Positions 1-8,967 of a DNA stretch of 32,000 nucleotides are shown here, one piece after another. How positions within the stretch are numbered: position 1 is the first letter of the stretch; each line of letters begins with the position of its first letter. Below the pieces are notes generated by a model. It searched no databases and had not been told where the DNA came from. It saw only the letters and a program-made list of their open reading frames with translations. A program made the translations under genes and the position numbers. The DNA is from Nostoc sp. PCC 7120 = FACHB-418 (GTDB lineage: Bacteria > Cyanobacteriota > Cyanobacteriia > Cyanobacteriales > Nostocaceae), in assembly GCF_000009705.1 (NCBI RefSeq), contig NC_003272.1, positions 3,780,001-3,812,000 of the forward strand. Direction: 5' to 3'.

Positions 1-932
1 CCCAATGGCAGCCAGTGCCAATCATTATGGTAACAGCCCTCACCGCCAAAGAAGACCTTGCACGCTGCTTACAATCAGGTGCCGATGACTTCATTAGTAA
101 ACCTATCAATGCTCTGGAACTGAGGGCGCGCCTGCATTCCATGCTGAGGATTAAGCAACAGTATGACAAAATCCAAACTTTATCAAATCTCCAAACCAGC
201 ACCATCAAAGTCTTGGAAAGCACACTTGATGAACTGCGCGGCAATTTAGCTGCTACTTTACCCCATGAACTCAATACACCACTAAATGGTATCGTTGGAA
301 GCATCAGCATACTCATGGCAAATATTGAGAACATGGACACTGCTGAAATCCAGGAACTTTTAGGCTGGGTAGATTTATCTGCCCGTAACCTAGAAAGATT
401 AATCAAACAATTGCTGACCTATTTAGAACTGGAATTATCAACAAACCAACAGCAAAACATTGCATCTGAGTCAACCCACTTTTCCATAGCAGCAATTGAA
501 GCAATTTTGCAATCTCATGCTCCCAGTGTTAATCGCCGCGACGATCTCATGTTTGCAATTGAGGAAGCTGAGGTGTCAATCTCGGCTCGATATCTAACGA
601 TTATCATCCATGAATTAGTTGATAATGCGCTCAAATTTTCCCGGAGAGGGACAACCATTAAAATCAGTAGTCAGATAGTAGCAGGAATGTTAAATGTCTA
701 CATTCATGATTTCGGACGGGGGATGACAGCAGAACAGATATCTAAAATCGGCGCTTTTATGCAGTTTGAACGCAAAACTTATGAACAGCAAGGTATAGGC
801 ATGGGCTTAAAGCTTGCCAAACAAACCGTCGAAAGTTATGGGGGATTATTCTCAATTTCCAGTGTCTATCAACAGGAAACAACGGTACACATTGCCTTAC
901 CCATTGCCTATTCTAGACACTCAAGTTGGTGA
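1..932 (+). CDS. Hybrid sensor histidine kinase (end of a receiver domain + HisKA + HATPase_c), 5' end outside the window
   Basis: The frame is open to the window edge. It shows the receiver C-terminal motif (IMVTALTAKED...DDFISKPI), the H-box LPHELNTPLNGI, and ATP-lid motifs DFGRGM and GIGMGL. Confidence 0.85.
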   Translation, partial: QWQPVPIIMVTALTAKEDLARCLQSGADDFISKPINALELRARLHSMLRIKQQYDKIQTLSNLQTSTIKVLESTLDELRGNLAATLPHELNTPLNGIVGSISILMANIENMDTAEIQELLGWVDLSARNLERLIKQLLTYLELELSTNQQQNIASESTHFSIAAIEAILQSHAPSVNRRDDLMFAIEEAEVSISARYLTIIIHELVDNALKFSRRGTTIKISSQIVAGMLNVYIHDFGRGMTAEQISKIGAFMQFERKTYEQQGIGMGLKLAKQTVESYGGLFSISSVYQQETTVHIALPIAYSRHSSW

Positions 933-1017
933 TCAACTAATGCGATTCCATAGGGCTTGTAGGTTCTCGACGTTAACGGTGAACCAGTTGGCTGAATACC
1001 AAGTTTTCTCACTATGA

Positions 1018-1070
1018 AGACAAACATCAATCAACTTGAAATTATCCCTCAAGTTGATTGATGTTTGTCT
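1018..1070. repeat. Perfect 22-bp inverted repeat (agacaaacatcaatcaacttga / tcaagttgattgatgtttgtct) with a 9-nt loop
   Basis: Read directly from the sequence. It lies 85 nt downstream of the kinase stop and has no T-run after the stem. Confidence 0.8.
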
Positions 1071-1215
1071 GATTGCTCACGATAAGAAAAGAGTGACATC
1101 ACTCCGACCTAAAGGTACGGAGCTTCTAAGAATTCTTCTGAATTCACCCCAACGCCGCAGTCCAAAATAAGCTAAAATGCAAGCAGATTAAGCATTTCGC
1201 CCTCATTAATCCCCC

Positions 1216-1956
1216 ATGTTAGAGACTCTGCAAACCCAAATTTACCAGCTAGAAAAATTTGCTAACACCCTTGTCTCTTACCAACTGACACACCTGAGTT
1301 TGCTGAGTATTGGGATCATTTTTGCCGCAGGGTTACTCACTAGCCTCACACCCTGTATGCTTTCCATGCTGCCAATTACTATTGGCTACATCGGTGGTTA
1401 CGAAGCCAAAAGTCGTTGGCAAGCAGCAGCCCAATCAACTTGGTTTGCCTTGGGATTGGCGACTACCCTAGCAGGACTAGGCGTGGCGGCTGCAATGGTT
1501 GGCAAAGTCTACGGTCAGATAGGTATTGGTTTACCGATTATTGTCAGTATCATTGCTATCTTAATGGGGCTAAACTTACTAGAAGCCTTACCTCTGCAAC
1601 TGCCATCTTTTGGCGATACTAATTGGATTTCCCAAGACTTGCCTCCAGGGGTGCGTTCCTACGGTATTGGGTTAACTTTCGGCTTGGTCGCCTCCCCCTG
1701 TAGTACTCCTGTGTTAGCCAGTCTACTGGGTTGGGTAGCCAACACGCAAGATTTAATTTTAGGCGCCGTTTTGTTGATTTCCTATACAGCAGGCTATGTA
1801 ACCCCCTTGATTTTGGCGGGTACTTTCACAGCATCAATTAAAAAGTTGCTGGAATTGCGGCGTTGGTCTGGTTGGATAAATCCAGTTAGCGGTGCATTAT
1901 TGGTAGGATTTGGCGTATTTTCTCTAATTTCTCGGATTCCTCTAGGCAGTTTTTAA
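1216..1956 (+). CDS. ccdA: Cytochrome c biogenesis thiol-disulfide transporter CcdA
   Basis: Polytopic membrane protein with the DsbD/CcdA motifs LTPCMLSMLP and SPCSTPVL. It sits 3 nt upstream of ccs1. Confidence 0.9.
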   Translation: MLETLQTQIYQLEKFANTLVSYQLTHLSLLSIGIIFAAGLLTSLTPCMLSMLPITIGYIGGYEAKSRWQAAAQSTWFALGLATTLAGLGVAAAMVGKVYGQIGIGLPIIVSIIAILMGLNLLEALPLQLPSFGDTNWISQDLPPGVRSYGIGLTFGLVASPCSTPVLASLLGWVANTQDLILGAVLLISYTAGYVTPLILAGTFTASIKKLLELRRWSGWINPVSGALLVGFGVFSLISRIPLGSF

Positions 1957-1959
1957 GCA

Positions 1960-3345
1960 ATGACTACAGACAATTCAGCCCCCACAGCATCCCCTTGGTG
2001 GTCACTACCAGGAAAATTTTTGCGGCGAGAGTTTTTACCTGTACTGACAGATTTACGTTTAGCGATCGCTCTATTATTAATCATTGCTCTCTTCAGTATC
2101 TCTGGTACTGTGATTGAGCAAGGGCAATCACCAGCATTTTATCAATCTAACTACCCAGAACACCCCGCCTTATTCGGTTTCCTCACTTGGAAGGTGATCC
2201 AAGTGGTGGGGTTAGATCATGTTTATCGGACTTGGTGGTTTCTCTCCTTATTAGTTTTATTCGGGACTAGTCTGACCGCTTGTACTTTTACCCGTCAGTT
2301 ACCAGCCTTAAAAACTGCCCAACGCTGGAAGTATTACGAAGAACCACGCCAATTTCAAAAACTCGCTTTAAGTGCAGAACTAGACGCTGGTTCTGTCAAT
2401 TCCTTAAGCCAAATATTACAAAATCGCCGTTATAAAATTTTTCAAGAAAAAGACGATATTCTCTACGCTCGTAAGGGAATAGTCGGGCGCATCGGCCCTA
2501 TCATTGTGCATATAGGTATCGTCACCATCCTCTTGGGGTCAATTTGGGGCGCAATGACAGGATTTATTGCCCAAGAAATGGTTCCCAGTGGCGAAACCTT
2601 CCAGGTAAAAAATATTATCGATGCAGGACCATTAGCAGCCGGACAATTTCCCCAAGACTGGTCTGTACGTGTTAATCGTTTTTGGATTGACTACACTCCT
2701 AAAGGTGGAATTGACCAATTTTACTCAGATATGTCTGTCTTAGATAATCAGGGACAGGAAGTTGACCACAAAAAGATTTTCGTCAACCAACCTCTGCGTT
2801 ATCATGGCGTAACTTTCTACCAAACTGATTGGGGTATTTCTGGTGTTCGTGTCCGCCTCAACAAAAGCCCCATCTTTCAGCTACCAATGGCACTTTTGAA
2901 TACTAACGGACAAGGGCGGATTTGGGGAACATGGATTCCGACAAAACCAGATTTGAGTGAGGGCGTTTCCCTGTTAGCGAAAGACTTGCAAGGTATGGTG
3001 TTAATCTATGATGCCCAGGGTAAGCTAGTTGATACTGTACGTGCAGGGATGTCTACTCAAGTAAATGGTGTGACACTCAAAGTTTTAGATGTAGTTGGTA
3101 GTACTGGCTTACAAATTAAAGCCGACCCTGGTATTCCCATTGTTTACACTGGCTTTGGTATCCTGATGCTGGGTGTAGTGATGAGTTACTTTTCTCACTC
3201 ACAAATTTGGGCGTTACAAAAAGGCGATCGCTTATATGTTGGTGGTAAAACCAATCGCGCTCAAGTGGCTTTTGAACAAGAAGTTCTGGATATTTTAGAA
3301 CGCTTGAATTCACAATCGGCGACAGTCATTAATCAGCAGTCCTAA
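1960..3345 (+). CDS. ccsB: Cytochrome c biogenesis protein Ccs1/CcsB (ResB family, system II)
   Basis: 461 aa with N-terminal TM helices, a large soluble loop and a C-terminal TM, and a typical Ccs1 sequence ([18 protein letters not shown]...). It is tightly linked to ccdA. Confidence 0.9.
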   Translation: MTTDNSAPTASPWWSLPGKFLRREFLPVLTDLRLAIALLLIIALFSISGTVIEQGQSPAFYQSNYPEHPALFGFLTWKVIQVVGLDHVYRTWWFLSLLVLFGTSLTACTFTRQLPALKTAQRWKYYEEPRQFQKLALSAELDAGSVNSLSQILQNRRYKIFQEKDDILYARKGIVGRIGPIIVHIGIVTILLGSIWGAMTGFIAQEMVPSGETFQVKNIIDAGPLAAGQFPQDWSVRVNRFWIDYTPKGGIDQFYSDMSVLDNQGQEVDHKKIFVNQPLRYHGVTFYQTDWGISGVRVRLNKSPIFQLPMALLNTNGQGRIWGTWIPTKPDLSEGVSLLAKDLQGMVLIYDAQGKLVDTVRAGMSTQVNGVTLKVLDVVGSTGLQIKADPGIPIVYTGFGILMLGVVMSYFSHSQIWALQKGDRLYVGGKTNRAQVAFEQEVLDILERLNSQSATVINQQS

Positions 3346-3425
3346 ATGTGATGGGGAAGGAGGTAATTATTATTCTTTCCCCATTTCTTCCATCTCTGAT
3401 ACAACCTGCATAAATTATACTCAGC

Positions 3426-3761
3426 TTAGGCGACACCGTAATCTGTATACTGACGTTTATAAGGAGCTTGCAAACCCAGGACAATATCTTCCCGTGGTAC
3501 TCCCATCATCACTAATTCCTCTGCTGGATTGCGATCAGTTAAATTCTGTTGTAGCCATATTTTTCCATCTTTAATATCAAAATGAATCACGCATCGATAA
3601 ATACGATTCAATCCTTGCCAACCTACATTCATCCATTGATAATGATTACGTTCTGTGTCTAAAATTAGTTGAACTTCAACATCTTGGTCTGAGACATCAT
3701 CACTGGCGTAGTTAGTCAACAATGTTTTAACTAATTCTTGATATTTTACTAATTTATCCAT
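3426..3761 (-). CDS. xisI: XisI family protein (fdxN-element excision controlling factor-like)
   Basis: 111 aa with the characteristic XisI sequence (ERNHYQWMNVGWQG..RIYRCVIHFDIKDGKIWLQQN). An AAGGAGG Shine-Dalgarno lies 10 nt upstream of the ATG. Confidence 0.9.
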   Translation of the reverse strand: MDKLVKYQELVKTLLTNYASDDVSDQDVEVQLILDTERNHYQWMNVGWQGLNRIYRCVIHFDIKDGKIWLQQNLTDRNPAEELVMMGVPREDIVLGLQAPYKRQYTDYGVA

Positions 3762-3960
3762 TGTACAATAGCCTCCTTTTCCGGATCATAAATAATTAAC
3801 AACACCTGATACTGTATTAGTTTTTATCGTCAATAGACCTTTCAAAGTGGTATCGATATTTTAGTCTAGAAAATACTGTATCCATGTGGCAACGAGTAAT
3901 TCTTTTAACTAATGCAATACTGAGTTACATAGAGAAGATCGAAAATTTTGTTGCCGGAAT
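3749..3960 (-). pseudogene. xisH: Decayed xisH remnant directly upstream of and overlapping xisI
   Basis: The minus-strand frame ending at 3749 reads ...KLIQYQVLLIIYDPEKEAIVQWIN*, which is XisH C-terminus-like, and its stop overlaps the xisI start as in xisHI pairs. Further upstream the same frame has several in-frame stops (taa, tga, tga, tag, taa). The 5' limit is uncertain. Confidence 0.5.
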
Positions 3961-4285
3961 TGATGCTTTTATTAGCCACCTTGAAAGTGCTGAGTCGCCA
4001 TTTCCTCCTGTTGTGTGCAGTTCATGATGCGTATTTACTTTATTACGTGAGATTAAGGGAAATATAAAAAAATATTAATAGCCATATAGTTATACAATCA
4101 TTAATAGTTAAATGATTTTGGGGCTAAAAATAGTCTGGATCTATCTGGGCAGTGGTAATTGCCGGACAGATTAATGCACAGCCTCTCTAAACCTAGAATA
4201 ACAATCTTCACAACTCTGGTAGCCATCCAAAGTTGATGAATGTGACTGCCTAAAAATCTGGCGTTTGAATAACAAGGAAGCAAAA

Positions 4286-4999
4286 ATGAGTAGCAATCTA
4301 GCTGTTAAACTGCGCGCTGGCACTCAAAAAGCTCACACAGCAGCAGAAAACGTGGGATTCATGAAATGTTTTTTGAAAGGCGTTGTCGATAGAGAAAGCT
4401 TCGCCAAATTTTTAAGCAACTTGTATTTCGTCTACAGTGAATTAGAAGCAGCGATTCAAAGCCATGCCAACAATCCGGCGATCGCCCCGATTTACTTCCC
4501 AGAACTGAATCGCCTAGCCTCTTTAGAAAAAGACATGGTATTTTACTATGGTAGTGAATGGCGTAGCCTCATCGCCCCCTCAGCTAGCGCTCAAGCTTAT
4601 ATCAAGCATATTCGAGAGCTTTCTGCCACTGCACCCGCTTTATTAATTGGTCATACCTACACCCGCTACATGGGCGACCTTTCTGGCGGTCAGATGTTGC
4701 AAAAAATTGCTCAGTCAACCTTAAAGCTCTCTGGCTACGAGGGTACATCCTTCTATAACTTTGAGCAAATCCCTGACAAAAAAGCCTTCAAAGACCAGTA
4801 TCGTCAGGCATTGGACTCTGTACCCGTTGACGATGCCACAGCAGATAGAATTGTTGCAGAAGCCAATAGCGCTTTCCAGTTCAATATGCAAATGGCTACA
4901 GACCTAGAAGGTAATTTAATTAAAGCTCTCGGTCAAGTAGTATTTAATAGCTTGACTAGCACCCTCAACCCAGGTAGCACCGAAGCAGCAGCATCTTGA
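4286..4999 (+). CDS. ho: Heme oxygenase (biliverdin-producing)
   Basis: MSSNLAVKLRAGTQKAHTAAENVGFMKCFLKG...YTRYMGDLSGGQ matches the cyanobacterial HO1/HO2 family. I prefer the ATG at 4286 (AAGGAAG upstream) over the TTG at 4265 used in the track. Confidence 0.9.
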   Translation: MSSNLAVKLRAGTQKAHTAAENVGFMKCFLKGVVDRESFAKFLSNLYFVYSELEAAIQSHANNPAIAPIYFPELNRLASLEKDMVFYYGSEWRSLIAPSASAQAYIKHIRELSATAPALLIGHTYTRYMGDLSGGQMLQKIAQSTLKLSGYEGTSFYNFEQIPDKKAFKDQYRQALDSVPVDDATADRIVAEANSAFQFNMQMATDLEGNLIKALGQVVFNSLTSTLNPGSTEAAAS

Positions 5000-5039
5000 A
5001 GCAAGGAAAAAATGGGGGAGAAAGATTAGATAAAAATTT

Positions 5040-5071
5040 CCCCCAGTCCCCAATCCCTAGACCCTAATCCC
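5040..5071. repeat. STRR-like tandem heptamers (CCCCAGT CCCCAAT CCCTAGA CCCTAAT)
   Basis: 7-nt periodicity read directly, in the ho-hemN spacer. Confidence 0.8.
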
Positions 5072-5280
5072 TTCATTTAGTTCAATCAACACATCACGGT
5101 CTAGCGTTGATATCTAAACTAAGAAGCAGCTAGAGCATAAAGCTTTTATTAGCAATTTGCTGTGCGTCGAAAAACAAATTGCTTGTCCCCTATACCCATA
5201 TAACCGACCACTAGTCAGTTATGACGGAAATCAAAATATCATTAGGCAAAATTCCCATAACTCAGTCGATAGGTGTTGTT

Positions 5281-5324
5281 GAATTTTGTAGCGCTTGCGC
5301 TTCCCATAGGGTATTTTGACTTCC
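5281..5324. repeat. Small dispersed repeat, copy A (gaattttgtagc..gcttccc[a/g]tagggtattttga)
   Basis: The same core recurs at 16657-16697 and, inverted, at 30886-30956. Confidence 0.75.
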
Positions 5325-5365
5325 ACGTAGCGGCATGGTGTGGTTGCAGTACCTTGGAGGTTTTG

Positions 5366-6748
5366 ATGGTTTTTGTCTTACCTGGTGTCAAGTTTGATCT
5401 AGACATGATCAAAAAATATGACACTCCTGCACCTAGATATACCAGTTATCCACCCGCTACACAGTTAACTGAAGGATTCAGCGCCGCCGATTATCAAAGT
5501 GCGATCGCCGCCTCAAATCACAGAAAATCGCCCATATCGTTGTATTTCCACATTCCCTTTTGTCAGAGTTCCTGTTATTTTTGCGGTTGTAATACGGTCA
5601 TTTCCAACAACAAAAATATTGCTAAACCATACTTAGAGCATCTGGTGAGAGAAATCAAGCATACAAGTAACTTGATTGATCCAGATAGAAAAGTATTGCA
5701 AGTTCACTGGGGTGGTGGGACACCTAATTACTTAGATTGTGACCAAGTAGAATTTTTGTGGAAACATATTCATCGCCACTTCAATATTGATCCACAGGCA
5801 GAAATATCTGTTGAGATTAACCCCCGCTACGTTGATCAAAATTACATCTCCTTTTTGCGTGAGATTGGTTTTAATCGGATTAGTTTTGGTATTCAGGATT
5901 TTAATAGCCAAGTACAAAAAGCTGTCAACCGCATCCAACCGGAAGAACTGCTAGTGAATGTCATGAGTTGGATTAAAGCTGCTAAATTTGATAGTGTAAA
6001 TGTAGACCTAATTTATGGTTTACCCCATCAAACCTTGCAAACATTTCGGGAGACGGTGAAAAAAACCGTTGCATTAGACCCCGATCGCATTGTAGTTTTT
6101 AACTTTGCCTACGTTCCTTGGTTGAAGCCAGCCCAGAAAAATATTCCCCTGGAGGCGTTACCCCAACCGCAGGAAAAGCTGGAAATTTTAAAAATGACTA
6201 TTGAGGAACTGACTAATAGCCAGTACCTATTTATCGGGATGGATCATTTTGCCAAACATAACGATGAGTTAGCGATCGCCCAACGTAACCACACCCTCCA
6301 GCGCAACTTCCAAGGTTACACCACCCACGCCGGTACAGAACTTTTCGGCTTTGGTGCGACATCTATTAGTATGCTGCATGATGCTTATGTGCAGAATCAC
6401 AAGCAGTTAAAAGAATATTATCAAGCCGTTGCTGGTGATGCTTTACCTGTGAGCAAGGGTATCAAACTCACAACCGATGATATTCTCAGACGGGATGTGA
6501 TTATGTGTATCATGTCTAACTTTTATCTGCATAAACAAGAGATTGAGGACAAATATCACATTAATTTTGATGAATATTTCTCTCAAGAAATTGCAGCTTT
6601 AAAACCATTAGCGGCTGATGGATTAGTTAGTCTTTCCAGCAAACACATCCAAGTAACAGAAATCGGTAGATTACTAGTAAGGAATATCGCTGTTGTCTTT
6701 GATATTTATCACCACAATCAAGACAAACAATTCTCTCGGACTATTTAA
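5366..6748 (+). CDS. hemN: Oxygen-independent coproporphyrinogen III oxidase (radical SAM) HemN
   Basis: PRYTSYPP motif and radical-SAM CxxxCxxC (CQSSCYFCGC). GGAGG at 5356-5360 precedes the ATG at 5366. The track's extension back to 5273 runs through a dispersed repeat. Confidence 0.9.
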   Translation: MVFVLPGVKFDLDMIKKYDTPAPRYTSYPPATQLTEGFSAADYQSAIAASNHRKSPISLYFHIPFCQSSCYFCGCNTVISNNKNIAKPYLEHLVREIKHTSNLIDPDRKVLQVHWGGGTPNYLDCDQVEFLWKHIHRHFNIDPQAEISVEINPRYVDQNYISFLREIGFNRISFGIQDFNSQVQKAVNRIQPEELLVNVMSWIKAAKFDSVNVDLIYGLPHQTLQTFRETVKKTVALDPDRIVVFNFAYVPWLKPAQKNIPLEALPQPQEKLEILKMTIEELTNSQYLFIGMDHFAKHNDELAIAQRNHTLQRNFQGYTTHAGTELFGFGATSISMLHDAYVQNHKQLKEYYQAVAGDALPVSKGIKLTTDDILRRDVIMCIMSNFYLHKQEIEDKYHINFDEYFSQEIAALKPLAADGLVSLSSKHIQVTEIGRLLVRNIAVVFDIYHHNQDKQFSRTI

Positions 6749-6819
6749 TTCAGAGGGGCGCGGGGTGAGACAGCGCGGTCTTGGGGGTTTCCCCCATAAG
6801 CGACTGCGAACCCGAAGGG

Positions 6820-6868
6820 CTGAGGTATGGGAGAAAAATTTACCTAGTCTCCAATCCTCAGTTTTTTT
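6820..6868 (+). terminator. Rho-independent terminator after hemN
   Basis: Interrupted stem ctgagg-ta-tgggaga / tctcca-at-cctcag followed by TTTTTTT (6862-6868). Confidence 0.7.
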
Positions 6869-6994
6869 ATAGTCCTCTGATTGGTGCTAGTTTCGGACTT
6901 GATGAACTTCAGGGTCATGCGATCGCAACTGATTAATTTACTGAGTCAGATCCAGAGGCTTCCTTTAGTTCGCTCCAAGTGAATTGTTATACGG

Positions 6995-7903
6995 CTATTC
7001 ACCTCCACAGCCTCCACCTCCACAGCCTCCGCAACCTCCACCTCCGCAATCACTGCCGCCATCATTGCCATCAGACTCACCAGAACTATGACCACTAGAA
7101 TCGCCCCATCCCCATCCACTACCCCAACCCCCGCAGCCAGCAGATCCACAACCACTGCCGCCCCAACCTCCTCTGATACGAGGGAGTGAAGGATTCTTCA
7201 TCAAATCTACTATCCCTACAAGAAATCGTATAACGCCAAATGCTGCCGCAATACAAATAACGGCGAGTATAGCCCCTGTAAATGGATCGATATTGTTTTC
7301 AAAATTGCCTATATAACAACCGCTTAATATCAAAGCGAAAAGAATAGCGGTACTTGTTGTTGCTGCTTTTTGAACTTGCAGCTTTGCCAATACCCAATTT
7401 TGTTGAGTGTTGACGCGCACAAAATATAAATCGCGCCCAAAACGATCCTTTGGTGTAGACCAAATCTCTAATGGAGGTTTTACTTCAAAAAATCGTTCGT
7501 AGCTCTCCAAAGTCTCGCTATACCAATCATCAAATTTTTGATTTTCAGCCTCTCCGCCAAGAGTTGGATCATGATGCAACGGTGTTTGCAAAACCTGTGA
7601 GCAGAACTCTTCCCAATATGATCGCGTATAGGTCAAATGCAGATGCCAAACTTGGTCTACTTGGTCTGAAGGGGTAACTGGATGCCCTGCTGCTACAGCC
7701 AAAAAAGCGAACTTCTTGTACTCCTCAATGGTTTGCCGAGCGTACTGCAATGACCAGCCATTATCTCTTGCCAGTCGTTTGCTAAATGATAACGGAGCAT
7801 CTGGTTTGTCTAACGAAAATGCTTGAATTCGCTCATATAACTCTATTTGCTCAGTATTCATTGCTTGAACACCCGTGCTAGCTAACCCTTCAGAGTTCAC
7901 CAT
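6995..7903 (-). CDS. Membrane protein with a GRDP/DUF1399-like N-domain, two TM helices and a Gly/Cys-rich C-terminal tail
   Basis: VDQVWHLHLTYTRSYWEEFC resembles the DUF1399 signature. Two hydrophobic helices follow, then a ~65-aa tail GGWGGSGCGSAGCGGWGSGWGWG...DCGGGGCGGCGGGGCGGE. The start could be the ATG at 7903 or at 7861. Confidence 0.7.
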   Translation of the reverse strand: MVNSEGLASTGVQAMNTEQIELYERIQAFSLDKPDAPLSFSKRLARDNGWSLQYARQTIEEYKKFAFLAVAAGHPVTPSDQVDQVWHLHLTYTRSYWEEFCSQVLQTPLHHDPTLGGEAENQKFDDWYSETLESYERFFEVKPPLEIWSTPKDRFGRDLYFVRVNTQQNWVLAKLQVQKAATTSTAILFALILSGCYIGNFENNIDPFTGAILAVICIAAAFGVIRFLVGIVDLMKNPSLPRIRGGWGGSGCGSAGCGGWGSGWGWGDSSGHSSGESDGNDGGSDCGGGGCGGCGGGGCGGE

Positions 7904-8157
7904 CTTTTTTACTGAATTTGGATAAACTTTACTCAGAATTTAACATCGCCTTTAACATTCGTCGAAAGCTGACATAGTTCTGAAGTCTAATGAATAGCAC
8001 TACAACTGTTTCTCCACAGAGGACTCAAGCCGTATAACAGTGAATTTGTGCGGCGGCAGACAAGCTTGAACTCTCACCGACAATTTCTGCTCCGTCCGCA
8101 CCAACGCAGTGTTAGCTGGCTTACCTTACCAATAACCCTTAAGTACAATTAGAGGAT

Positions 8158-8552
8158 TCAAGGCTGAAAACGAAGGTGTTGAAGATATCGCACTTGAGTA
8201 ATGGTCTCGAAGTCACGATCATCATGGATCAAAAGTAAATTATTTTCCAGTGTCACTTGAGCAATACAGCAATCGATTGGACTACGAACGGTAAGCCCTT
8301 GGCGGCGCAAGTCGTAGTAGATACGTGCAGCCTCTCGCCACGAAGAAGGTGTTAGTTCAACGTAGTCTTGTGCTTCAAGATAAGTAGAGAGGAGAGTCCA
8401 CTCTTGCTCATTCAGACTACCTTGCAACAATTCAAGCTGGGTGAACCGAGTGAGTTCTGCCGATTCGCAACCAGGGTTTCAAGTTGCTGGCGAACTTGAC
8501 CACTACGATTACGGAAGACGCTGATCCATACAGATGTATCAATCAGCAACAT
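8158..8552 (-). pseudogene. vapC: PIN-domain toxin VapC, disrupted by a frameshift near 8457-8465
   Basis: The N-part MLLIDTSVWISVFR... (frame of 8412-8612) and the C-part ...(E)LTRFTQLELLQGSLNEQEW...IHDDRDFE (frame of 8158-8430) join into one PIN domain if a single base is restored in cggcag. Confidence 0.75.
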
Positions 8553-8751
8553 AACGAGTTTCACGTAGGGCTTTATAATCAAAATCTGGGGCAAATTGAA
8601 TCTGTCCCGCAAGGTCGAGAAGGTTTTTCTTACGGCGCGATCTCACGAATTCTTGTAGAGCAAGATTCATCAGTTCTTCTTGGGTGGTGAGGTTAGTCAG
8701 TTGAAAAGCTTCGTTGAGAAGCGATTCATCAAGGTTAAGGGTAATTTGCAT
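8539..8751 (-). CDS. vapB: Type II antitoxin VapB-like
   Basis: 70 aa, MQITLNLDESLLNEAFQLT..., with the ATG at 8751. Its 3' end overlaps the vapC start (8552) by 14 nt. Confidence 0.75.
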   Translation of the reverse strand: MQITLNLDESLLNEAFQLTNLTTQEELMNLALQEFVRSRRKKNLLDLAGQIQFAPDFDYKALRETRYVAD

Positions 8752-8967
8752 AGATATGGATATTGGATTGAAGTAGGCATAATTATTCTCTTTACATTTT
8801 AACCAAATAGATGACCAACCCACCTCTGGGCATATCTTTGTTAGTTGGCTGAAGTCTTATGTATCACTACCAATATCTCCCAACAGTCCGCTCCAGCCGG
8901 GTTGTTATGCGGCGATCGCCATTGACTAGCCACAGAACAAAGACAACCTTGAGACTCCAGTCCATAC

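Noticed and set aside
5273-5365. 31-codon N-terminal extension of hemN from a GTG start, as given in the track.
   Set aside because: The extension reads through a dispersed repeat copy and has no HemN similarity. GGAGG precedes the ATG at 5366 with correct spacing.
6946-7155. 69-aa ORF rich in Val/Ala/Glu, on the same strand as and overlapping the Gly/Cys tail.
   Set aside because: It is an alternative-frame reading of the low-complexity cctcc/acagcc tract, with no independent support.
6984-8041. 12-mer AGCCGTATAACA present in inverted orientation on both sides of the Gly/Cys-tail gene, which could be terminal inverted repeats of a mobile cassette.
   Set aside because: My rough expectation is that several 12-mer inverted matches within ~1-2 kb arise by chance in 32 kb of AT-biased DNA. 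There are no target-site duplications or extended similarity beyond the 12-mer. The copy at 6979-7002 is simply the loop of a small hairpin at the stop codon.
8025-8075. aagccgtataac...gtgcggcgg looked superficially like group II intron domain V.
   Set aside because: I could not pair the arms into the required 14-bp bulged helix, and there is no reverse transcriptase or maturase ORF or other intron domain nearby.
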